DNA of 64,000 nucleotides from Chrysomallon squamiferum (Eukaryota; Animalia; Mollusca), in contig CM022679.1 of NCBI GenBank assembly GCA_012295275.1, positions 3,782,001-3,846,000 of the forward strand. The letters are read 5' to 3'. A program made the translations under genes and the position numbers. Under the pieces are notes generated by a model. The model searched no databases. It worked only from the letters and a program-made list of their open reading frames with translations, and had not been told where the DNA came from. Below, in pieces: positions 1 to 14,458 of the stretch (positions are counted from its first letter, which is position 1; the number at the start of each line of letters is the position of its first letter).

Positions 1-158
1 TTCCGCCGATTCTCTTTCCTGTTTTTGCGAATTTTGCTGAAACTTGCAGTATTGATCAATTACCTAATGGTTTTGTTTCTAAACTGCTGCCAATTTTCAC
101 CAAGAGTTACCTGCAGGAACTTTTATAAACTGTTTTCCATTGCAGCCGTATTTACTAT

Positions 159-190
<32 letters not shown>

Positions 191-355
191 CAGTAGAAAC
201 TGCATTGTTTTTGATTGGTATGATTTACCGTAATTTAAAGCATTAATTATATTTTTTCAAAGAAAGATGAAATGGATAACAATCAAAATAAACAGAAGAA
301 AAAAAAACCTAAACAAAATAAAAAACTTAATCTTTTTTTTTTTTTTCATTTAAAG

Positions 356-3300
356 GTATGAACGGTTTCAAAAGGTTTTGTCTAAGTTTTCTAATGTGAC
401 AAAAATTCTTGCTGTTGGTGGCTGGGATAAATATACAAAACCTCTTGATGCACTTTTTTCAAATGATTATAGTCGCCGATATTTTGCTAATACCACAGTA
501 AGATTCTTAAGAAAAAACTACTTCGATGGTCTCGATCTGCATTGGAAATATCCAGTTAACAAGGAAAATAGAGGAAAAGGAAAAATTCAACTTATCCAGC
601 TGATGCAGGTAAACTTAAAAATGAAGACATTATTTTTGTCCTTTTAAACATGTTTCTCTCGCTAAGGTATTTCTAGCTAATTAGATATCTGTGTATTTGC
701 TGCATTGAAAGAACACAAAGAGGAAGAAGTACGTAAACACAAAAAGATAATGAAATTAATTAATTAGTTCATTAAAGAAAAGTAATTCGCGCAGCTTAGA
801 TATGACTACTTTACTGAAGAGGAAGAAAGGTACTTTGTAGCAGCCCCGATATGTTTTTCTCTATTTCCAAGGCACTGAAATCAGCCTTTACAGAGGAAAA
901 CCAACGGACACACAAACCTAGACTCTTACTGATTTTATCTGCAAATGTTCAGACTGATGTGATGACATCATCTTACCACGCTGAAGCAATCTGCAGGTTG
1001 TATGTGCAAAACACTGCTTAAAAACAACGCATTAGCTAATGTGGTAAAATAACATTTATAATAATAAACCAAATTCAGATCATATTATTTACAGTCATGT
1101 CTGAAATACACGAATGCTCAGACATTTATTTTTGTTTACCTACAGACATACAATGTGTAATTTCTTTATTAATTTGGTTGTGACGTATTTTAATGGTTCT
1201 CACGTATTTCACTTACATGATTTTAGTCGTTGTCACGTATTTCAGATATACTGATTTTATAAACGTCCACACATATGACTTCCATGGTCTTTCGTTTGAC
1301 GTTACAGATCACTTTAGTCCAGTCTATAAGCCAGATACAAGCTCTACCGTGAGTTCATATTTAACTGTTTTCCTATGGAAATATAAGAATGCATCGGCTT
1401 TTCTCATTATTTTTTCTTATATGATTTTCCATGCTTATTTTTCATTTATTTACTGATTATTATTGCTATTTTTATTTTTATTTTTATTTTATTTTTTTAA
1501 TATTATTCGATATTATATGGATGTATTTAATTTGTTTTTATTTTTAATTTATTTATTTATTTATTTTTTTGTTTACTTTTATTTTATATGTTCACAGGAT
1601 TTTGCAATGAAATTTTGGACAAATCGAGTTTGTGGTAAAGAAAAACTGAATTTGGGTTTAGCACTGTTCGGTCGGTCTTTTACCCTGAAATCAGAAAATG
1701 ATGATATATACGCCCCATCTTCCGCAGGTAACCGCGGTCGTTACACTCTAACACAAGGTTTCTTGGCATACTACGAGGTGAGTGATATAAACTCGTGGTT
1801 ATTTTGACATACCCCTGTGAAAGAATTCCTATCTCTAACGTTTTTTTCACTCAACAGTTAATTAATTCCATCCAATTCGATATTTTTACAGATATTATAT
1901 ATACATACATAGGAGTGTACGTGTGTGTGTGTGTGTGTGTGTGTTTATACATACATACATACATATATATAGTGGCACCTACGACGTACGGACACTTAGA
2001 TCAGCTAACACCTGCTGAAAGTGGAAGCGGACATCATTTTTTTTCTATTTTTATTATTTTTATTTTTATTTTTTATTCATTTTTATCCGCCAACATTGTT
2101 GTTCGTTTGATATCGGTGCTATAATCAGCTGAATGATATAACGAGTTTACAATTACTATGAATTAGTACAAGCACCTAACGTTCCTTCTTGCCCCCGAAT
2201 GTCAAATAGTGTTTTCTCAAATTGTCTCAGTCAGTAATAATAGGCGTGATGACTTAAATACCTTTATCTTGATACTTGAATATGCTGGTAAGTATTAACG
2301 AATAAATTTAAGAAAATAATGCTAATCGAAGGACGTTCATTCTTGATATAGTCATTTGTCTCCAAAAACTGAATGGTTTATATTTCTTTTGAAGACAGTG
2401 ATATCAGGGAATCAATTTGAACACATCCCTTGTTATGAAATAGAAAAGACGAGTAAAGAGGTTTGAATGTAAATCTCTAATAACCTTTTTTTAATCAAAT
2501 AATATTCAACAGATATGTATTATGAAAAATGAGACAACTAAAGAGATCTACAGGCAATATGAAAAAGCATACTACATCGTCCATGGTAACCAGTGGATAT
2601 CGTACGATAACTGGAAGAACATTCGATACAAGGTGTCTCTTTATCTTGTAACTTTTATTATCTTATTAAACAAATAAACAACAAATCAAATAATTTTAAA
2701 AGGTGGAAATCTGTAATATAAGATTATAATTATGAAAAATATCCTAAATATATAAAATACATAAACAGTTAAATAAAACTGAAACAAGTATCTATTAAAA
2801 TTAAGAAGTTGGCAGTCATCACAAATAAATGACCTTATGTGCCCAGGCAGAATTCCTGAAAAAGATTTTTTTTTTTATGATCCTTAATTTCTATATATCT
2901 TACATAAATACAATTTACAGATATGCTATACAAAAGATAAATGGGTTTGGAGGAGTTATGATCTGGGCTCTAGATCTTGATGACTTTAATGGAGAGTTTT
3001 GTGGAAAAGGCAAATGGCCGCTTTTAAATTCTGTCAAAAATGAGATAAAGAACAAAACTCCCTGTTTCATCCGCAGGTTTACATTATTTTTTACTTCATA
3101 GTTTTTCTTTTTGTACCTTTCATAATCTATGAATGCTTCTCTAAATATAGTTTCATCTATCTGTCTTTTTCCACAGCAGAAAATTTAACATAATTTTTGT
3201 TTTATATTTAAATTTCTGACTGAAAGAGATGTCATATGTAATTACGAAAAGTAATTTTATCCAAAGTTATACAGTATATATTTAACCATATCGATTAATT

Positions 3301-4654
3301 CATACACAGAGAAGGCTCGTTGATAAATATGTACGTACACAAAAGGAAAAAGATATCTCCAATGAATTTCGCATAAGGTCAGTTATGACAAGGGAGTAGT
3401 GGAGAATAGTTAATATACTTGTAACAGAGTTTGTGGACTTATGAACATGCGATTAAAATCTAACGTGTAGAAAAAATAAAAGTTATCAGATACAACAGAT
3501 TCTGACTATATGCCATTTATTTGCAAGGTATAAACTGCAGACTCCTTCGTATCAATTTTTGATTTTTAATTAAATCTTTCCCTTTAATGACTATTAGTAA
3601 ACTCGCTTTTGCAGTTACCCGCTTTCTATTTCTCTGTCATTTGATTAATATATCCTTGTATAACGAAAATAAATCTTTGGTTTACTTCTTTCATTTTATT
3701 ATCTTATCCTGACAGTCGTACTAAGCAGCAAATAATCTGTATTATACCACTGTAACATTAGTCAGTGGAAATACACTGCGCAGCCGCAATACACCGTCAC
3801 ATCCGTATAAAAAAAAGTTCATACACCTCTGTGAGCCTTTGAGGAATTCTCTTACAGTTGTATCAGTTGATCATTGGCAGTAATCACCTTTAACAAAAAT
3901 AAGTAACCAACACTTTCTGTACACAACTTTGTTAAAAGTCTTCCCCATATGGTTTTTAAATCTATTTCCAGATTCAATCTGCATAGAATTTACCTGAAAG
4001 TCAGAGACCGATACTTTCCTTTCACAATTTGTGATTTTTGATGTTAACATTTAATCTTTTGTCTGTTATAGGATATGTTTTTTGTTCATAATTTTTTTGT
4101 GTGTGTGTGTGTGTGTATGTGTGTGAAATATCATTTAGGTTTTAATATTTATTATTATATTGCAAATAAGGGAAATCAAAGTGGGTGATTTAAACATTTC
4201 ATTTGTGTGCGGTGCTTTTTTGTCTTTAAGCGTAGTCACCTGAAGTCTGGGACACAGCTACACTTTTGTAAATAGTGAGCTAGCTGCTACAGGCTAACTC
4301 TCATTTATTTATCTTTATTCTTTTCTTTTCTTCTTCTTCTGATTATTATTATTATTTTATTCTATTCGGTGCACTATCGTCTTTTTTTAATTTTTGTTAT
4401 CCGTATTTTAGTTCATGTTATGTAAATAAAGAATTTTTTAATTGCTATTTTCATAAATGGATAAAAACTTTTGTATAGGTAAACAGAGAAAGAGATATTA
4501 TGTTCCTAAAAACTGTACAATATACTACGACTGCACCTACCTTAAGACATTAGTAAGGCCTTGTGCAACTGGCACCTTCTTCAACTTTGATCTGCAGATG
4601 TGTGTACACAGATATCAAACCACGTGCGGAAACTATAAGAAGAAAAAGAAATAG
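356..4654 (+). CDS. GH18 chitinase-like protein (non-catalytic chi-lectin) with C-terminal 6-Cys CBM14, copy 1; 5'-partial; two apparent lesions
   Basis: GT-AG exons 356-608 ([21 protein letters not shown]), 872-996, 1246-1348 (DFINVHTYDFHG), 1598-1777 ([22 protein letters not shown]), 2513-2632 (GNQWISYDN), 2921-3076 ([28 protein letters not shown]) and ~4456-4654 (CBM14). Exon phases match copies 2-4. A +1 nt insertion lies at 2939-2941 and there is no AG before the CBM14 exon, so this may be a pseudogene or carry assembly errors. Confidence 0.88.
4457..4654 (+). CDS. Chitin-binding type-2 (CBM14/peritrophin-A) domain exon of GH18 copy 1
   Basis: FC..YYVPKNCTIYYDC..RPCATGTFFNFDLQMCVHRYQTTC has six Cys with the CBM14 spacing and the G-x-x-F-N motif, and ends in KKKKK*. 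Confidence 0.9.
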   Translation: MDKNFCIGKQRKRYYVPKNCTIYYDCTYLKTLVRPCATGTFFNFDLQMCVHRYQTTCGNYKKKKK

Positions 4655-6480
4655 TAATAATGATAATGAAATTTATTCACACATTTATATATAATTTAGA
4701 TCTAATTGTCATTTAATTATTAAAAACCAATATACTACATTATACAATTCACAGATGTCAGTATACAATTTGTTTTTGTAATTTTGAACATTTTCTATTA
4801 ACAGAACTAATTTTATTTATGATTTTATGTACCGTAGAAAGTTCATGTTTCGATACTCATACCCTTAATATGCTAGGAAGAAGTTTTAAATATATTTAAG
4901 CGTTATTTTTTATATCTATAATATATTTATTATTGTTATGCCTGATCGTTTGATAAAAAAATATTTATTCACCTTAATAAAAATTATAATTATGAAAAGC
5001 TATGTACATACACTTTATGCTACAAATAAAAATTAAAGGTGCTTGTCTTACTACATGTAATTGTGTATAATAATAATTACAAATTAAATGGTATAATTCA
5101 AAAATCTCTGTCTGTTTATAATTACGACAAGATAATAATTGAAAATACTTAATTAACAATGGCAGTTAATCAACACCGCTATTGCAAACAAATGGATCAA
5201 AAGCTATTTAAAATAGTATTAATTCAGTAATAAAAATAACAGAAATACTATTGAAATGCGCATGATATATAGTGCATGCAATATCGAAAATAAGAATAAG
5301 CGATTGTTTATAACATTTAATGATTAAAACATTCACAGAGAAGCAATTATGGAGCAGGTCAGTAAAAAAAATAAAAATAAAATATACGCATATCGATTCA
5401 TTTCGCATACTCGAAGAAAATAATGATAGACCTGTAACGTGGTATTAAATTACAACAGTTCAAGTAAAACTATCGCTTACACGAACCAGTATTAATCTAA
5501 CTTTCCTGTATGCCCAAGGACTTGGCAGATTAATCGATTAGTATCCGCCATACGATTACATAATATTAACTCCAGAGTTAAAGGAAAAGGGCTGTAAAAG
5601 ATGAGTCTCAGAATACCACTTAGTATATTTTTCAGTGGAGCTAGCAAAGATGAATCGAAGAATTAATAAGTTCTTTGTTCGAAAATATACTAGCTGAATT
5701 TCCAGTAAATCGTTGAATCATTCAATAAATGTCGGATTCCAGATTAAGTAAATGTTCCTCAGTGGTTTAACAAAGGTTCTGGCTACTGCTTAACGTGTAT
5801 GGGAAGATACATATAAAGATTTCTCGTTTCCTATCATTATTTTACAAGAAAAGACATAATATTTAACAATCGCTAAAACTAAATTGACGAGATATGTTGT
5901 TAAATATTATATCAGTATTCGTTTCGTTTTCTCTGAGCTATGATGGAGTATTTTGCAGTATGCTAGGACTCTTCATGTATACTTTTCTCTTTCTAGTGAG
6001 GTTGACGAATGTATAGGATGTACAAAGAGACAAGATAATCAGATTTCGTTTTTAAATATTATCATTAAGAAAAAGAGAAAAGTTTCTTTGATATTTGCTC
6101 CAAGTCTCTTAATCCGCTAATGAACTTGTACATGAGGAATGTATCTGATCCACAGATTCCTAAAGAAATAAAACAAAAATCTTATAAAAGTTTATTTTTT
6201 CATGTAACAGATACAAATTTCATTTCGTACTCTTTTTTTTTTTTAAATATTTTTATTTTTTTTTATTTTTGAATTTCATTATAAAAATAATTATATCGCG
6301 ATATTACTGTTTCCTATCTTCTCTTTCCTTCTTTCTTATCTTAGTTTTTGATTATATTCCCACCAGCAGAAGCAAAAGTCGTAACAAAATATTTACTAAA
6401 ATCTCTGCTAAAATCACATAGGTGTAAGTCCGTTCTATTAGTTGATTGTTAATAATACAAGAAAAATGCTCTGAACCTAA

Positions 6481-6640
6481 ATTATTAGTAAAACTAACCT
6501 GCAATCTTTTCTAGACGCTGAGTTTTTCTTTTCAAGAGAGCATCCTCATATCCCCAGTAACCCCCCCCCCAAATATGATTACGTCAGCTTCAAAATTCAC
6601 TGGATTTGCTAAGAATACGAAACCGTACACAATTTTAATT
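6481..6640. repeat. Dispersed ~160-bp repeat, second copy at ~53958-54110
   Basis: The near-identical string gacgctgagt..caagagagcatcctcatatccccagt..aatatgattacgtcagc..aagaatacgaaaccgtacaca occurs at both positions in the same orientation. Confidence 0.8.
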
Positions 6641-7477
6641 TAAAAGAAAATGATAGATTTCTTGTTTCTTTCTTTCTTTTTTGTTTGTTTTTTGTTTGTT
6701 TGTTTCTTTGTTTGATTCGTTTGTTGTTGTGTTTTCTTTAGATGATATTTATTATTTTTAAATAAATAGTTGCACTGAATATTGCACATTTTATACTATT
6801 ACTTAGTCGTAACTAAATAACTAGAAAACACTGCCAGAAATAAAGTGTTAATATTAATCAGAATAAAAACAAAGAAAACCCGCGTAAATTCGATATTATT
6901 TTACATTTCTTTGAATAATATCAAGAAAGTTTTTATATTATCATCAACATAGAAATGATATACTTTAAAAGAATCACATCAAAAATACTTTTATAGAAAT
7001 ATCAGAGAATGATAATGATTCAAAAAATTTAAACGCAAAAAAAATTCAACGAAAAAACACAACTCCATATTGGCGACGCCATTGTTTAAGGTCAAGGTGA
7101 CGTCTTTTACGACGTAGTCTTGTCTATATAGGACGGCAAAATGGAATGACGTAAGCCTGAGGGTTCTTTTTATAAAACAATTGAACATCCACTACCCCGT
7201 TGATTTATATCCGGGATGTGGAAAAACGGGACGCTGATTAAACAGCTAATCTCAAGGAGTGTTTCTTTGTTCACTGGATCCTGCATCCTGCATCTTGGTG
7301 CTGTGTTTGGTTGGAAATCGTCTGCAGCCCTCAACGATGACAGGATGGAATCCAGTGACCAAATGAAACAAAAACAAAACGAAATGTAGAAAAGGAGCAA
7401 CAATGTTTATATCTAAAACTGTTTAAAATTTATTTTCAATTTTAAAAGGTTTATTTGTTTATTGTTTTTATTATTGT

Positions 7478-7518
<41 letters not shown>

Positions 7519-9086
7519 CAGTAATAGAAATTATTTCAGTCTTTATATTTGACTTTTATTACATTACTCATAGCAAGATATCTATATATATATATATATA
7601 TATATATTTACAGAATAAAGTTAAACTTTAAATGTGAAGATCTGATTTAAAAAGTGTTCGAGAAAATCACGGGCACCAAATTAAAATATTTGTACTTAGC
7701 CACTGGTATTCGTAGACGTATTTCTTCCGAATGCTATCTGATATCATTTAGTAGCGTAATTTCCCTTTACCACAAAACTCCCCGTTGAAGTCTTCACGAT
7801 CTAGTGCCCAGATTAAATCTCCTCTAAAGTAGCATCATATTTTTGTGAAGCACGTTCACTCATTTCTGAATCAGTGTTATGCGCCTCACACAGTTATAGT
7901 CTATGAGGTGGCTCTAAATTCAAAAACGACCCCAAATAATCAGACGGTTCCATCGTAGTTTTAGTTTAGAAATACTTTACGACTGCAGATACTGCTACAG
8001 AGATATATTATGAAAGAAGCAAAACACATACATAACACCTTACTTAAATCAATGGGGGAGAGAAAACTGCAGTGAAGGGGCAAAACTCCCAGCTATTGTC
8101 GACTTGTTGCATACCATGGTGGGTGTTTTCCCCAGCTCTGACAGCCTTACCTCGATCACTTTTCTGGCCAAAAGCCAAAAATCATTTATTTTTTTATCTG
8201 CATCAATCGACGTTAGACGTAAAAATTATTACGGAACAATTACATTTCAGGAAAATAATAAAGTACCAAGAGACCTTTTTTTTTTTTTTTTGTCTTTTTT
8301 TTACCGTTCTACTTCAATTTGTAATAAACACAAGTGGCTCTTAAAATGTATACACTGTTATCCTTCTGGCATCTACGAATATAATTCTTATAAACCGATG
8401 TTACTGCCTAGAAAGAGAAGAATAAATATCCATAAAATATGCTGAGAACGAACAATGAGAACATTAGTCGTGTCACGAAATAACAGAACAAAACAACAGA
8501 AAATAGTAAACTTAACATGACAAACACGTAAACATCTGTGAAGACTGGATATAAAATAAATTAATAATTTATAAATTATTCAATATTTGAACGGCAGTTT
8601 TTGCTTGAAACAGAAGGGAGTGTAGTATTGAAAATATGATATTACTCTTATTGTTCCATCAAAATGTTTTATTTTCTGATATTCATTTAATTCGTCCTGA
8701 TATCAGACTTTATAAGCGTACAACAAAATGATGATAATAAGTTTTCAAAGCAAAAAATAAAAATGTAATGGCTTGCTTTTTTATTTATTTCTTTATTTAT
8801 TTATTTTTACAGATTTTTATACATTTAAAAACAAAATTTTGCATATATATATTTGTATTTTCTTTCTTTTTTATATATTTTTATTATTTTATTATTTTTT
8901 TCTTTATTTGCTTGCGTTTTATAAATTAGTTTGTTAATTTTTTTTTTTTAAATAATAAAACTGGCCAGTGCCATTTCCACCATTACTGAAAATAGACATC
9001 ACAGTTTACTGGATGCCAAGAAAGTTTTTGCCTGGAATGAACAAGAGAGTGAAGTTTCACGAAAGACTGAGTACTCTTACAGGAAA

Positions 9087-9129
<43 letters not shown>

Positions 9130-9460
9130 TTATCATTTCATTCTATTAACCAAAAGTCTAATTTAATCCACTGGTATGAAAAATAATAGCAGTGAATAAT
9201 AAAAATAAAATAAATTGTGAAATGGCTCTGGACGCAAAGGTATTAATCATATTTACCCCTTGATGTAGTGGGAAGAAATGATATTTCCAGAACACAACAA
9301 TTCGCTTGTAGTATTATTTTATTATTGGAAAATTTCATTAAGACTTCAAGCAACGATTGTATTTACTGGTGTTTACGTCATACTACGAATTTTAAAATTC
9401 AATAATAAACTTTTTGGAATAATCACATAAATAACCAGTCTATAATAACTTGAACTAGTA

Positions 9461-9799
9461 CAAGTACCGGACCAATTATCCGGACTCTTTAGGGCCTGAG
9501 GCATTCCGGATTTCTGGATTTTCCGGTTTTCTGGTACCAACGCATGTAAATACGTAAATAATTTGGCATAAAATATTTTAAAATTAAAAACATAAAGAAA
9601 ATTGACGATACTCAACTGCAGCGACTCGACACGTAAACAATGTGGCGAGTGAATGAACGCCACGCGGCTTGAAAGAGTTGTTCCGGTCTGGTGAGGACAG
9701 CGCCTGCGCGCGATCTATGAAAATAGTGTCGGAAAAAAACCTTCCGGTTTTCCGGTCTTTCCGGATTTCAGGAGGCCAGATAATTGGTCCGGACAATTG
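9461..9799. mobile_element. MITE (Tc1/mariner-type non-autonomous element) with ~24-bp terminal inverted repeats and TA flanks
   Basis: The left end ta|caagtaccggaccaattatccgg and the right end ccagataattggtccggacaattg|ta are reverse complements with few mismatches. Internal ccggtttt/ccggattt subterminal repeats are present. Confidence 0.8.
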
Positions 9800-9990
9800 T
9801 ATTGTATTAAATGCTAAACGTGACAGAGGAAAAAGAAATAATAAAATTAAGAAACACAGCTAAACCAAACATGTATTTTCTGTATCAGGGTTGTGTCAAT
9901 GGTTTCATAATTATTCATTAAGCAGGATTTTTTTCAGTATAATGTCCATTTCCTACTTTATGCATGACAATTACGGTACCTTTATATGTA

Positions 9991-9992
<2 letters not shown>

Positions 9993-10047
<55 letters not shown>

Positions 10048-10072
10048 CACATACATACATACATACACACGG

Positions 10073-10126
<54 letters not shown>
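9993..10126. repeat. Compound microsatellite (AT)n-(ATAC)n-(GA)n
   Basis: Directly visible. It lies just 3' of the stop codon of GH18 copy 2. Confidence 0.95.
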
Positions 10127-10129
<3 letters not shown>

Positions 10130-10260
10130 TCAAAGATACAAAGTTTTAGGTTTATTCATTTGTTATATATTGAAAACAAAATCTGAATGTTTATGGAAAG
10201 CAAATTTTATTTGAGTCTTCCTTTTTGACACTATTTGCAGTTCTCTGTGGTTTCAGTCAA

Positions 10261-11415
10261 TTACCTGATAAAAGAAAAACAAAAACATAAAAGCAGCTAA
10301 TTAACTAATAAAGAAACCATGAACATCGCAAACGTGTATTTAATGGGTATATAGGTATACGTATATTAACTCCACTGTGTGTATACATATATATATTCTT
10401 TATTTAATACAAAAGAAAAAACCAGTTTTAAATTAAAAAAAACAATATGTGTATAAAAATAATAAAACAAAAATTAATATTATCGAAATACTGTACAGTA
10501 TTTATGGGAGTTATTTGTTTTAATAATTAGAATTTCATACTCTTTTTCATATAATAAAATTAGAAAGCACACTATACCTTAACTTCGAAAGGTCTACAAT
10601 GAAAAGATATATTCAATCATAGAACGTGATTTTATTCAAACTGTCTTCATATAACATTATATTTGTTTTATAAGTATTTCGGATTTCATTTTATTAGCTA
10701 AATTATAATATTAATTTTCATTTTATGTGTTAAATATGCAAAAGAGCACCTGAACCTTCGCGTATTTGTTATTTATGTATAGTGTATTTACTCTGCATCG
10801 ACAGCAACATGTTTGCTAGATTTCATGTGAACTACGTTTGTCTGTCGAGCAGTGTAACAAAAAATAGTTTCATTCAAGTGTTGTAGAATATCATAGACAC
10901 CATAAACACCCATTTTGAAATAATAAATATGTACTTGTATACTGGAGGACACGAACTTCCATGATCCATTTGGTCTTTGACAGTTTTTAATAACGGCCAC
11001 TTTCCTCTGTCACAGAACTCTCCATTGAAGTCATCAAGATCCACAGACCAGATCATAACTCCTCCGTAATGGTGTACAATGGCGAAGCACACCTGTAAAT
11101 GAGACGTGCTGCACGTATTTGTTTTGTGTGTGTGTAGTATTCGTGTATCATTTCTGGATCATTTAGATCAGAGTACTGGCAGCGGGTTTCAGTTCATCCA
11201 CAAATGAAACAAATGGTTTTAGGTAGTTTTCTGAACACTGAATCATGCTATTTATTTAAGCAGAATTTACGAAAATTTCTAATCTGGCATCCAGTATTTT
11301 TTCATGACATGAACTAAATGTATGTGAAAATTACTGAAAATATTTTCATATACTTATCATATTTTAAACACACCAAACATTCCATATTGTATTTAGTGTG
11401 TTTCTTTACAGTTTT

Positions 11416-11446
<31 letters not shown>

Positions 11447-14423
11447 TTTTTTCGCATTTAATCTGATGACTGTGGTCTTGTTCAAAACTTAGTATTCAGC
11501 AATGACGTACAAAATTCTGAACTTTAACATAATTATAATTCAACAATTTATATTGCGGGTAAAATTCAGAGGCACATCATTGCAGGTAACTTGTATAGGT
11601 TTGTAATTTATCAGACATTCAAATATCTAATATTTACAAGTATGGAAGACACAGTCAATAATAAACTAATTGTTCCAGTGTGATGTAGCATGAAAGTATA
11701 TATCAGAGATGCCGCTGCATATAAAAAAACAAACAGTAATGTTGTCTTGAAGATTTACAGAAATGAAATAAAGTTGGCTAATTTGCTTTTCCTTTAATTA
11801 TTATGTTTTCTTATATAAATACCATCTTATTTATCTATTTCTGTTTTACTTCGCTTAGTTATTGCTAATCATTTTCTGTGAAGCGTTGATGAAGGTAAAT
11901 GCAGAGAATTAAGAGGATAAAGAGACTTTGTCTAGGGGTAAAAAACAACTAGATACGTTTATTGTACATATTTTCAACAACAACAAAAACACATCTTACG
12001 TCAAACTACTTCTTTAGGAATACAGGCATGGGATGCATTTTTTGTACAAATACAGCACATAACATCAGAAGAAGATATTTTAAGAAACAGAAACATTTAT
12101 TAATCCACCGGAAATATTCACCTTAATTCGAATACTCTCGGCGTCTTCGAATCCTACCCACTGATTTCCACTAACTATGTAATTAACGTGTTCTTCAACC
12201 GTGAAACGTTCTGAATGCGGTGTTTTCAGTAATCTACATACCTAATTAATTTAATATTGAAAAAATATTTTAAAAGATGAAATGAATAAATTAGAATATT
12301 TTAATAACAAAAAAAAAAACGATTTATTTATTTTTTAATTATATCACATCGATAAAAAAAAAAAAAAAAAAAAACTTGTTGCATATTACTCATAATACAA
12401 ATGTACTAAAGGTAAGGAATGCATCAAAGAATAAATTCACATTTAAATAAATAAGTATTTTCTGTCTCACATGCATGCGAACATACATATAAATGTGTGT
12501 ATATCTGACCTCGTAATGTGCCAGAAATCCTTCAGTTTGAGTGTACAAACCACGTCTTCCTGGAAAAGCAGGCGCATTTAGACCAGTTTCGTTTGATGTG
12601 AGAGTAAACGATCGACCGTAGAATGCTAGACCCAGATTTAGTTTTTCTTTAGGACAGTCTTTACTTTGCCATTTCTTCATTTCACCTGCCTGTAAAAAAA
12701 AAAAAAAAAAACAAATGAAGTGAAAATAAGAAATCTAAAATAAATAAATTAAAAAAACCAAAAAAAATTGTTAAATACATTTAAAAAGATAAATGATTGC
12801 CTATACATTTAACGAAAATGTAAAAGTAAAAATTAAACTTGTTACAGATACTGTACTTTAATAATGAATGTTTAGTATAAACAATTAAGAATAGCCAGCA
12901 AAAAAAAAAAAAAATCCTTTGAGAAAGCTGTTTATATTATTATCATGCAGTTATAATTAATAAATAAACATAACTCACAACACTATTTTCCGAAAGTGTT
13001 TTCGGATAAAGTGGACTGATGTGTCCGGTTACCTTTTCCCAAGGTCCGTGAAAGTCGTAGGTGATGACATTTAGGAAATCAACATTTCTGAAACGTACAG
13101 AACTCTTTAAAGTAAAAGTTTCAGAAAATAAGATTATAATTTCTTATTACATTAACTAAAGAAAAACATCACAATGTTAAGAAATAGCTTCATCTGAAAG
13201 ATTTTTGTCTTGCTTCACCTTAACTCATTTCAACTAGTGTCATCCTAAAGTAGTTTATCAAAAACACTGATAGTGATGTCATCTGTATAAGTAATATTTT
13301 GTGATCACAATGAAATGGATTTATATTTAAGTTCTCCTTTCTCATGTATCAATAATTACAAAAAAAGTCTAAATGCACTACTTTTAATAATTATTAAAAT
13401 AAAAATTTATTTCGATGTTAATTAATATTCATTCACATGTTCGACAAAGATACTGTTTTATGAATATTGCATAGTTTGGGTTTTTAACTGAGTTCATTCT
13501 GTTATATTTAGACGTATACAACCTGCATATCAAGTTTACAATGGGTCTGTGTCCTAAAACGTCAAACTGAGGATTGGCAGATACGATCAAGAGCAGTTTT
13601 GGTTTTCCTGGTAGTCTTCTTTCTTTAGTAAACGCCGACTGCAACAGCTGGAAAAAGAACAAATAACAAAATTTGAAAAACCTGTTTCGGAGTAGCAACT
13701 AATTAACAGAAGTACATTATCAAAATTTCAGTCAGTTCTTAAAAAAAAAAACAAGAAAAACTATAAAAAAAAAAAATAAATAAATAAATAAATAAATAAA
13801 TTAAAAAAAAAAAAACGATCTAAATGAAATGAAATTTTGTTCTAACTATGACAATGTTAACGAGAAATAAACGGGATGTTTTACCACATACACTGAAGTG
13901 AAACACATCAGGAATTCACTACAAGTAATTCTCAATTGTAACATCAGATACTGGTATGTTTTCTGTTATTTTGTTCCCTTTCATTTTGTGAATCGTTTAA
14001 CATCGAGATAAGGTTACATTCAACACATTCACTGTAAAATAAGTTAACATGATTAATTTTACCTGCACAATCAAGGCAAACATGTCACGTGTCTTTTCTT
14101 CAGTTTTGCTGGTGAGTGGATATTTCCAATGCAAATCTAGTCCATCAAATCTGTGTTTTCTTAAGAAACGGATTACCCTTTGGACAAAACGTTCTCGAAT
14201 CATTTCAGATGAAGTAAGTTTTCCGAAATAAAGACTGTAACTGTTCCAGCCATCAATGGAGACAAGTGTCTTGGTGTGCACATATGATTGGCCAACGGTC
14301 TGAAACCGTTCATACCTTTAAGTAAAAAAAATTATTAAAATTAGTGAAATACTGAACATTTCAAAAAGGTGTGTTTTATTAGTTCACAAATTGTATTTCA
14401 GATTTCAAATTCAGACGATTCCA

Positions 14424-14458
<35 letters not shown>

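Noticed and set aside
1973-2035. Possible Tc1/mariner MITE end (tagtggcacct..cggacac)
   Set aside because: Only one degenerate end is visible.
7060-7400. GC-richer island with short ORFs between copies 1 and 2
   Set aside because: It has no recognisable domain, RNA fold or termini. It is probably a repeat fragment, but I cannot support a call.
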